This document shows positions 9,722 to 16,696 of a DNA stretch of 20,000 nucleotides, in pieces. The position numbers and the translations under genes were made by a program. The stretch lies in sequence record SRR31156797_1360; one strand, 5' to 3'. The notes beneath the pieces were generated by a model that was not told the origin of the DNA, did no database searches, and saw only the letters and a list, made by a program, of their open reading frames with translations. Every line of letters begins with the position of its first letter. The stretch's first letter is position 1.

Positions 9722-10873
9722 ATGGAAAAGTCAGAAAGAAGATACGAAGTAGATTGGTTACGAATATTATTAATTCTTAGTGTGTTTATATTTCATATTG
9801 GAATGTTCTTTAATACGTTTGGTTGGCATGTTAAAAATAATGTACAAGTAAGCGAATTGAGTGGAATAATGTCCTTCCTTCATATTTGGAGAATGCCATT
9901 GTTATTTTTTGTATCGGGTGCTGGAACTCATTTTGCTTTGGGGAATAAAACTTTGAGAAAATATGCTTCAGAAAGAAACAAGCGATTGATGCTTCCATTT
10001 TTGTTTGGGATATTCACTTTGGTACCGATTCAAGTATACCTTGAAAAATTCGATCAGTACTCCTCTCTTTTAAATTTTTATTCTCACATGTTCGAAGGAG
10101 CTTATCCCGAAGGTAATATGAGCTGGCATCATCTGTGGTTTATTCTGTACTTGTTTATTGTATCGATGCTATCTATTCCAGTAATCAAATGGTTTAGGAG
10201 TTCAAAATCTAGATTATTTTTTAAGTTGATAGATAAACTTGCCAGTAAAAAAGCTGGATTATTGTGGCTAGCAATTCCAATAATCATATCACAAATGATT
10301 CTTAGGCCATATTTTCCGGAGAGTACACATGCTTTGGTAGATGATTGGGCATATATGGCGATGTATTTTATATTCTTTATTTATGGTTATGTATTTGCTC
10401 AAAGTAAAATGTTTTCCCAAAATATAGTAAGTCAGCGATATATCCATTTGTTTGCTTCTATTCTTGTAACAATTTTGCTTTTTAACAGTTCCAATTTAAT
10501 TGAAAACAAGTATTGGGCTGGATACCTATATGGAGTATTATCAATTCTAGTAGCTTGGTTTGTTGGATTAACTGCAATGGGATTTTGTTTTAAGTATCTA
10601 ACATTTAATTCAAAACTTAGAAAATATGCTAACGAAGCCGTTTATCCTTTCTATTTGCTGCATCAGCCAATTATTCTATTAATTGGTTTTTATATGAAGG
10701 ATTTGGAAATGAGTGTTACATTGAAAGCAATTTATCTTACTGTAGCTAGTTTTACAGCTAGTGTAGGAATTTACATATTATTGATTCGCCCATTTAATTT
10801 AATGAGGATTGTATTTGGATTGAAAGCACGTAAACAAAAAGAAATTGAGTTAAGTGTGATAGGCAATAAATAA
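9722..10873 (+). CDS. Acyltransferase family 3 (OpgC/MdoC-like) integral membrane protein
   Basis: RRYEVDWLR...FH, WRMPLLFFVSG, KRLMLP, HHLWFILYL, VYPFYLLHQP and about ten TM segments. ATG 9722 is preferred over TTG 9701. Confidence 0.9.
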   Translation: MEKSERRYEVDWLRILLILSVFIFHIGMFFNTFGWHVKNNVQVSELSGIMSFLHIWRMPLLFFVSGAGTHFALGNKTLRKYASERNKRLMLPFLFGIFTLVPIQVYLEKFDQYSSLLNFYSHMFEGAYPEGNMSWHHLWFILYLFIVSMLSIPVIKWFRSSKSRLFFKLIDKLASKKAGLLWLAIPIIISQMILRPYFPESTHALVDDWAYMAMYFIFFIYGYVFAQSKMFSQNIVSQRYIHLFASILVTILLFNSSNLIENKYWAGYLYGVLSILVAWFVGLTAMGFCFKYLTFNSKLRKYANEAVYPFYLLHQPIILLIGFYMKDLEMSVTLKAIYLTVASFTASVGIYILLIRPFNLMRIVFGLKARKQKEIELSVIGNK

Positions 10874-10893
10874 TAACCTTTAATCAAGCTTTG

Positions 10894-10929
10894 AGAGGTT
10901 CATCTGATAAGGTGAACCTTTGTTGTATT
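10894..10929 (+). terminator. Probable intrinsic terminator after the acyltransferase
   Basis: AGAGGTTCATCT-GATA-AGGTGAACCTTT, a 12-bp stem with two G-U pairs, followed by T-rich GTTGTATT. Confidence 0.7.
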
Positions 10930-11078
10930 CTAAAATTTCTCCAATGTATTTCTTCAAATTTCAGGAAAACATGTAAAAACTCCCATTTATCGATTTTTTT
11001 GAAGATTCTCCCGATTAAATAATGTCTGTATGCTGCGGATTTAGTAATTTCAAACTCAAACCTTAAAAATCAGGGAAG

Positions 11079-11124
11079 TTGAAGAAATGTCTTTAGTGGC
11101 CATAACAGATAAATATTTCTTCAA
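11079..11124. promoter_or_regulatory. Inverted repeat TTGAAGAAAT-N26-ATTTCTTCAA in the leader of the PspA operon
   Basis: Perfect 10-bp arms at 11079-11088 and 11115-11124. The same half-site recurs at 10948-10957 (exact) and 10935-10944 (one mismatch). Confidence 0.45.
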
Positions 11125-11174
11125 GAGGATAAATTGTTCTAATTTTAATTAATTCAATTTTAAAACTAAAAAAA

Positions 11175-11570
11175 ATGAGTGCATATTATAACAAGGTAAA
11201 AGATTACCTATTGAATTTAGAATACAATATTGTTCAGGAAGATACAACAGAAGAACTTTTTGTAGTAGAAAATCCTGAAGGTGGAATTGCAAATCTGATT
11301 GTAGATTGTGAGGATCCAATTTTAATTATTGAAGGATTACTTTTTGAAATATCTGATGAAAATCCTGATATCTATAAATCATTATTGATTAAGAATCGAG
11401 AAATCATACATGGAGCTTTTACTTTGGATGAATCAGGTAAGAAAGTTATTTTCAGGGATACTCTTCAGTTAGAGAATTTGGATCAGAATGAATTGGAAGC
11501 AACATTAAACTCATTAGAGATGTTGTTGAGTGAATATTCTGAGGAGATTATTTCATTTTCAAAATTGTAA
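11175..11570 (+). CDS. YbjN/CesT-like (type III secretion chaperone-fold) small acidic protein
   Basis: 131 aa and acidic, with the pattern LLIKNREIIHGAFTLDESGKKVIFRDTLQLENLDQNELEATL that is typical of YbjN/CesT-fold proteins. Its position directly before pspA parallels E. coli yjfI-yjfJ. Confidence 0.7.
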   Translation: MSAYYNKVKDYLLNLEYNIVQEDTTEELFVVENPEGGIANLIVDCEDPILIIEGLLFEISDENPDIYKSLLIKNREIIHGAFTLDESGKKVIFRDTLQLENLDQNELEATLNSLEMLLSEYSEEIISFSKL

Positions 11571-11590
11571 ACGAATAAAATAAAATACAA

Positions 11591-12295
11591 ATGGGAATTT
11601 TTAGTAGACTTTTTAACGTGGGCAAAGCAGAAGCTCACTCAGCTATAGATAAATTGGAAGATCCAATTAAGATGACCGAGCAGGGAATCAGAGATCTTAA
11701 AAAGGATTTAGATAAAAGCTTACAAGCATTAGCAGAAGTTAAAGCTTTGGCAATTCGCAGTAAGAGAGAATTAAATGAACAATCATCTGTTGCTAAAAAT
11801 TACGAGCAAAAAGCAATGTTGTTATTGCAAAAAGCTGAGAAAGGTGATTTAGAAATGTCGGAAGCTGAACGTTTGGCTACAGAAGCTCTTACTCGTAAAG
11901 AGGAAGCAACTGCAAATGCAGCCCGAGCTCAGGAAGAGGTAAGCAAGTTTGATACGAACATTAGCCAGTTAGATGCAAATGTGAAGAAGCTGAAATCGAC
12001 AATTACTCGTTACGAGAATGAGTTGAGAACTCTAAAAGCACGTGCTCGAGTAAGTTCGGCTACTCAGAAAATTAACAAACAACTTTCAGGAATCGATAGC
12101 TCGGGAACAGTTTCTATGCTTGAGAAAATGAAAGATAAAGTTGCTCAACAAGAAGCAATGGCTGAAGCTTATGGCGAAATTTCGATGGAGAACAGAAGTT
12201 TAGATGACGAAATTGATGCAACATTAAGCGATACGAATGTGAAAGCCTCAAACGCCCTGGAAGAATTAAAGGCGAAAATGAAGAACAAAGCATAG
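11591..12295 (+). CDS. PspA/IM30 (Vipp1, bacterial ESCRT-III-like) family protein
   Basis: Amphipathic N-terminus MGIFSRLFNVGKA...IDKLEDPIKMTEQGIRDLK, long coiled coil, LKARA, LEKMKDKV...EAMAEA, SLDDEI, and C-terminal LEELKAKM. Confidence 0.95.
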   Translation: MGIFSRLFNVGKAEAHSAIDKLEDPIKMTEQGIRDLKKDLDKSLQALAEVKALAIRSKRELNEQSSVAKNYEQKAMLLLQKAEKGDLEMSEAERLATEALTRKEEATANAARAQEEVSKFDTNISQLDANVKKLKSTITRYENELRTLKARARVSSATQKINKQLSGIDSSGTVSMLEKMKDKVAQQEAMAEAYGEISMENRSLDDEIDATLSDTNVKASNALEELKAKMKNKA

Positions 12296-12324
12296 CTGTT
12301 TTACAAATTTGAACGATAACAAAA

Positions 12325-12870
12325 ATGGGAATATCCGATTTTTTTAAAAGAAAAAAACAGCCTAAGTACGACAGCACCAATATCCGGGTAACCGACCTGG
12401 ATATTGGTTTTGTTTTTGAATACGACTTGGAAAGCTGGGAAGTACAGGCTTGTTACGAGTACGATTGGGGAGATAATTTTTTCACTCAGGAATTCAAGAT
12501 TTTTAATGGTGTTAAAACCTTGTTTCTTTCTGTTGAGGATGATGATGAGATATCTATTTCAGTATCTACTAAAATTAAAACTCGTCAACTAGGAACACAG
12601 GTTCATGAAGATTTGTTGAACCGTCAAAAAGCACCAACATCTTTCGAATATGAAGGAAGAAAGTACTTTTTTGAGAAGGAAGCTCCAGGTTATTTTAACG
12701 ATGTAGCTAAAGGAGAGGAGTGGTTGGAATTTGTATCCTGGGATTTTGAAGATGAAACCGGAGAATACATTGTAACTATTGAGCAGTGGGACGAAAAGGA
12801 ATTCGAAGCCTCAGCTGGTAAAGTGATTAAAGAATTCGAAATCTCGAACATTCTACCTTTTGAGAATTAA
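12325..12870 (+). CDS. DUF4178-like acidic, aromatic-rich beta protein
   Basis: DLDIGFVFEYDLESWEV...YDWG...EF...LFLSVEDDDE...YEGRKY...SWDFEDETGE..TIEQW..EFEAS.G pattern. Short amphipathic N-terminus MGISDFFKRKK. The gene context fits. Confidence 0.7.
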   Translation: MGISDFFKRKKQPKYDSTNIRVTDLDIGFVFEYDLESWEVQACYEYDWGDNFFTQEFKIFNGVKTLFLSVEDDDEISISVSTKIKTRQLGTQVHEDLLNRQKAPTSFEYEGRKYFFEKEAPGYFNDVAKGEEWLEFVSWDFEDETGEYIVTIEQWDEKEFEASAGKVIKEFEISNILPFEN

Positions 12871-12909
12871 TAATATTGCCAATAACCTAATATTTAAAAG
12901 CTATCATTT

Positions 12910-13737
12910 ATGAATACTGCAGCAAAAATAGTCATTGGGATTATTGTGGTGTTTTTTATTGCTAAAACTTGTGGAAGAGATAATTCTTCAAGTTCTAGCT
13001 ATAAATCATCATCATCCCAAACCGCAAAAACATGGGAGAAATCTCCAGTTGATGACTTGATAAAGGATTTGAATGGGGAACAGAACTTTTCAATCATCCT
13101 TTTTGATATGGATGCTGATGAGAATGGAAATACCTACCGTCATCAATATCAAACGATCATCCAACGTCCTGATACGGTTATCGAAAGCAAAACCGATTGG
13201 AAAAATGTAAGTGAAGCTTTCTTTTCTCAGAATATCAATAATATGGGAATGGAGATTGCTTCGAAAAAAGATGGTAAAGTTACCAAGCAAGCAGTTCCTG
13301 CCGGATACAATCATTACGTTGGTAATGAGAAATACGGGCGATGGGAAAATCGTGGAGGTTCCTCTTTCTGGGCTTTTTATGGGCAGTATGCTTTTATGTC
13401 GTCTATGTTTAATATGATGACTTATCGTCGATCGTATTGGGATGATTACAACCGAGGGGGATATTATGGAGGTTCTCGCGGATATTATGGACCTCGAGGA
13501 AGTAATCCGGTATACGGAACCAAGAGTTACACTTCGTCAAGCTCTGGAAGTAAAAGTAAATGGGCAAGCAAACCATCTACTTTTAAAGATAGAGTTCGCA
13601 GTAAGGTAAGCCGATCTTCTTCTACGAGCAATTCAAAATTCTCGAAGCAAAGAACAACTACAAAAACAAAAAGAAGTTCATCAAGATACAGTTCAAGTCG
13701 ATCCACTCGATCAAGAAGTGGTGGATTTGGAAAATAA
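12910..13737 (+). CDS. Membrane-anchored or possibly lipoprotein hypothetical protein with a Y/G-rich and S/R-rich low-complexity tail
   Basis: N-terminal hydrophobic stretch followed by Cys (IVIGIIVVFFIAKTC), Ser linker, globular middle, PAGYNHYVGNEKYGRW..GGSSFWAFYGQYAF, and a tail ending RSTRSRSGGFGK. Confidence 0.85.
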   Translation: MNTAAKIVIGIIVVFFIAKTCGRDNSSSSSYKSSSSQTAKTWEKSPVDDLIKDLNGEQNFSIILFDMDADENGNTYRHQYQTIIQRPDTVIESKTDWKNVSEAFFSQNINNMGMEIASKKDGKVTKQAVPAGYNHYVGNEKYGRWENRGGSSFWAFYGQYAFMSSMFNMMTYRRSYWDDYNRGGYYGGSRGYYGPRGSNPVYGTKSYTSSSSGSKSKWASKPSTFKDRVRSKVSRSSSTSNSKFSKQRTTTKTKRSSSRYSSSRSTRSRSGGFGK

Positions 13738-13768
13738 ACCCAGTGTATAATTCATAGATTAAAATATT

Positions 13769-14641
13769 ATGATGTCATTATCAGAAATTTCGTTTATCGT
13801 TTATGATGCTGTGGTTTATATAGCCGTGGCTTTTGCTATTTTCCTCATTGGAAAATTTGTTTACCAATTGCTTCATCCTTCGTTTAAGGTGAAAGAGGAG
13901 TTGGTTAAGAAAGATAATTTTGCTTTTGCAATTGCTCATGTAGGTTACTATGTAGGATTGCTTTTGGCAATTGGTAGTGCAATAGTTGGTCCATCGAACG
14001 GATTGGTTGCCGATATTATCGATATCGCAGTATATGGTTTGCTGGCAATTGTACTATTGAACTGTTCCATTTTTATTTCAGATTATCTGATGCTTCGTAA
14101 CTTCTCAATTCGCAAAGAGATTATTGAGGATCAGAATGCAGGAACAGGAATTGTAGAAGGTGCTGTTTCGGTAGCTTCCGGATTGATTATTTTTGGAGCT
14201 GTTTCTGGTGAAAGTGGAGATCTGCTATTTGGAATTTTAACCGCAGTAGTGTTTTGGGCATTCGGACAGTTGGCTCTGATTATTACGACCAGATTCTACA
14301 ATTGGATTACGCCTTACAACCTTCATGAGCACATTGAAAAAGACAATGTTGCTGTTGGTGTCGGTTTTGCCGGAGCTATTATCGCTATTGCCAATTTAAT
14401 TCGTTTTGGATTGGCTGGTGATTTCGAAGGTTGGTTGCCATCCTTTACCGAAACAGGTTTCGAATTACTTGTTGGATTAATTCTTCTTCCTGTAATGCGT
14501 TTGATTACAGATAAAATTTTACTTCCAGGTGAAAGGTTGACTGACGAAATTATCAATCAGGAACATCCAAATGTGGGTGCTGCTTTGGTAGAAGCTTTTG
14601 CTTATATCGGAGGATCGGTACTAATCACATGGTGCTTGTAA
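13769..14641 (+). CDS. DUF350 (UPF0719/YjfL-like) membrane protein, internally repeated
   Basis: About eight TM segments and four repeats of an E-hydrophobic...N-x-(A/G) loop (EELVKKDNFAFA, EIIEDQNAGTG, EHIEKDNVAVG, EIINQEHPNVGAA). Confidence 0.85.
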   Translation: MMSLSEISFIVYDAVVYIAVAFAIFLIGKFVYQLLHPSFKVKEELVKKDNFAFAIAHVGYYVGLLLAIGSAIVGPSNGLVADIIDIAVYGLLAIVLLNCSIFISDYLMLRNFSIRKEIIEDQNAGTGIVEGAVSVASGLIIFGAVSGESGDLLFGILTAVVFWAFGQLALIITTRFYNWITPYNLHEHIEKDNVAVGVGFAGAIIAIANLIRFGLAGDFEGWLPSFTETGFELLVGLILLPVMRLITDKILLPGERLTDEIINQEHPNVGAALVEAFAYIGGSVLITWCL

Positions 14642-14645
14642 ACAA

Positions 14646-14680
14646 GTAAAAGGTAACAAGTATAAAGATACAAGATATCC
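14646..14680. repeat. Degenerate heptamer tandem repeat
   Basis: GTAAAAG GTAACAA GTATAAA GATACAA GATATCC, a strict 7-nt period. Confidence 0.5.
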
Positions 14681-14694
14681 TTGATCGGTTTGGA

Positions 14695-14735
14695 CTTTCT
14701 CCCTTTTTATGGGAGATCCCGACAGGGAGAGGGGT
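14695..14735. repeat. GC-rich REP-like double hairpin
   Basis: TCTCCC-TTTTTAT-GGGAGA followed by TCCC-GACA-GGGA and GAGGGGT. It stands out against the AT-rich background. Confidence 0.5.
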
Positions 14736-14768
14736 GTTTTAAGAATTAGAATTCATAAGTAAAGAATT

Positions 14769-16307
14769 GTGTTTAAAAGTAAATCTACATTATTAAAGGC
14801 AGCAATATTTGCCACCGGATTTTCGGGTGTGGTGGCAGAATATATTCTGTCTACTATGGCTACCTATTTTTTAGGAGATTCCAATTTTCAATGGATAATG
14901 ACCATCTCGTTGATGTTATTTTCAATGGGATTGGGAAGTCGTTTAAGTAAGAATTTTGATAAGAACTTGTTAAAACTCTTTTTGTTTACTGAGTTTGCCT
15001 TATCTATAATTGTTTCCTTTGCTCCATTATTGGTTTATACAGCTTCGGCATACACACAAGCTGTAGGAATATTGATTTATTCTTTAGCAATACTAGTCGG
15101 TTTGCTCATTGGGATGGAGATTCCATTGGTAATCCGTATTAACGATGATTACGAGAAACTGCGTTTTAATATTTCCAATATCTTGGAAAATGATTACTAT
15201 GGCAGTTTATTGGGAGGTATGTTCTTTGCCTTTATTGGTTTGCCAATTTTTGGGCTGATTTACACACCATTCATACTCGGTTTCGTTAATTTTTCTGTCT
15301 CAATTGTTGTATTGATTTTCCTTTGGAACTTATTGAAAGCAGGAGAGCAAAAAAGCCTGGTCGCAGTTGGTAGTTTTATATTGATATTTTTAACCTCAGG
15401 AGTTTTTGTTGCCGATAATGTAATTACCTATGGGGAGCAGCGAAAATATGCCGATAAGGTGATTTATGCTGAGCAAACCAAGTATCAAAGAATTGTAATT
15501 ACCCAATGGAAGAATGATTATTGGTTGTATTTAAACGGCAACCAGCAATTGTGTACTCGCGATGAAATCATGTATCACGAGCCTTTGGTTCATCCAGCAA
15601 TGACTATGCATCCTAACCCAACCGATGTTTTGGTTTTAGGTGGTGGCGATGGTTGTGCTGTTCGTGAGATTTTGAAGTATCCAAAAGTGGAAGAAATCAC
15701 CTTGGTAGATTTGGATCCGGCAATGACTAACTTAGGGAAAAGTAATCCTATTTTGACCGAGCTAAATCAAAATTCGTTGAGTAACGAAAAAGTGAAGATA
15801 CTGAATGATGATGGATATAAATACTTGCTGGCAACTGATAATTATTACGATATAATTATTATCGATTTACCAGATCCTCGTTCGGTTGAATTGGGCAGAT
15901 TGTATTCACATGAATTCTATAAAGTTTGCTACAAACATTTACGCCCTGGTGGTGTAATTATCACACAAGCTGGGAGTCCATATTTTGCCACACAGGCTTT
16001 TACCTGTATTTTGGAAACTATGAAAAGTGCTGGTTTCGAAACGGTGCCTATGCACAATCAGGTAATAACACTTGGTGAGTGGGGATGGAGTTTAGGAGTT
16101 AAACAGCCAAACTCAAATGTGAAAAAGCAATTGCAGAAACTGGAATTTGATGTGCCTACAAAATGGATAAATAATGAAGCAATGGCATTGATCACTTCTT
16201 TTGGTAAAGATTTTTATCCTTGGGTAAAAGACAGTGTATATGTCAATAGAATTCACGAACCAGTTTTGTACAAGTACTATTTAAAGGGGAATTGGGACCT
16301 GTATTGA
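14769..16307 (+). CDS. speE: Polyamine aminopropyltransferase (spermidine synthase family) with an N-terminal multi-TM domain
   Basis: GTG start, about seven TM segments in the first ~215 aa, then QTKYQRI, LYLNGNQQ, MYHEPLVHP, VLVLGGGDG, LVDLDP, DIIIIDLPDP, LYSHEFY, LRPGG and GEWG. Confidence 0.92.
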   Translation: MFKSKSTLLKAAIFATGFSGVVAEYILSTMATYFLGDSNFQWIMTISLMLFSMGLGSRLSKNFDKNLLKLFLFTEFALSIIVSFAPLLVYTASAYTQAVGILIYSLAILVGLLIGMEIPLVIRINDDYEKLRFNISNILENDYYGSLLGGMFFAFIGLPIFGLIYTPFILGFVNFSVSIVVLIFLWNLLKAGEQKSLVAVGSFILIFLTSGVFVADNVITYGEQRKYADKVIYAEQTKYQRIVITQWKNDYWLYLNGNQQLCTRDEIMYHEPLVHPAMTMHPNPTDVLVLGGGDGCAVREILKYPKVEEITLVDLDPAMTNLGKSNPILTELNQNSLSNEKVKILNDDGYKYLLATDNYYDIIIIDLPDPRSVELGRLYSHEFYKVCYKHLRPGGVIITQAGSPYFATQAFTCILETMKSAGFETVPMHNQVITLGEWGWSLGVKQPNSNVKKQLQKLEFDVPTKWINNEAMALITSFGKDFYPWVKDSVYVNRIHEPVLYKYYLKGNWDLY

Positions 16308-16331
16308 TAATGATCAATTATTAATGAGTAA
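16304..16331. repeat. Degenerate heptamer tandem repeat
   Basis: TTGATAA TGATCAA TTATTAA TGAGTAA, filling the speE-speD spacer. Confidence 0.5.
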
Positions 16332-16335
16332 TTAA

Positions 16336-16686
16336 ATGGAGTCAGAAACAAAAATATTAGCAGCAAAAATTCACAACCTTCGCTTTTGGGTATCGGAATG
16401 CAATCCGGATATCTTAAAAGAAACTTTCCAAAATTATTTGGAACAGGTTAAATTTGTGATTTTGAATTGTTCCGATCATCATTTTCCGGTGCAAGGATAT
16501 ACTGCATTTTGGTTGTTGGCAGAATCGCATTTAGCCATTCATACATTTCCAGATAAAGGATGGTCGTACGTAGAATTGAGTTCTTGCAATCAATTAAAAT
16601 CGAAGAATTTTAAGGAACTGGTTGAACAAAGCAATTTGGATGTAAATTGGAATGGAAATGGTATAGAAATTTGTTTACCTGAATAA
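16336..16686 (+). CDS. speD: Pyruvoyl-dependent S-adenosylmethionine decarboxylase family proenzyme (short class 1B-like)
   Basis: F.VQGYTAFWLLAE|SHLAIHTFPD...VELSSC, with the self-cleavage site E63-S64 plus His69 and Cys84. Adjacent to the aminopropyltransferase. Confidence 0.88.
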   Translation: MESETKILAAKIHNLRFWVSECNPDILKETFQNYLEQVKFVILNCSDHHFPVQGYTAFWLLAESHLAIHTFPDKGWSYVELSSCNQLKSKNFKELVEQSNLDVNWNGNGIEICLPE

Positions 16687-16696
16687 GTCAATTCTT

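Noticed and set aside
11020-11110. Known riboswitch (SAM-II or c-di-AMP) upstream of the polyamine/K+ operon
   Set aside because: The context is attractive, but the diagnostic conserved segments are missing (for example GCTAAA of SAM-II, or the GCTGAA and GGGG tracts of ydaO). An Rfam/Infernal scan would be decisive.
12114-14556. Short ORFs 12114-12380 (-), 12404-12592 (+), 13090-13314 (-), 13211-13417 (+) and 14323-14556 (-)
   Set aside because: They overlap operon genes in antisense or alternative frames and have no protein-family features.
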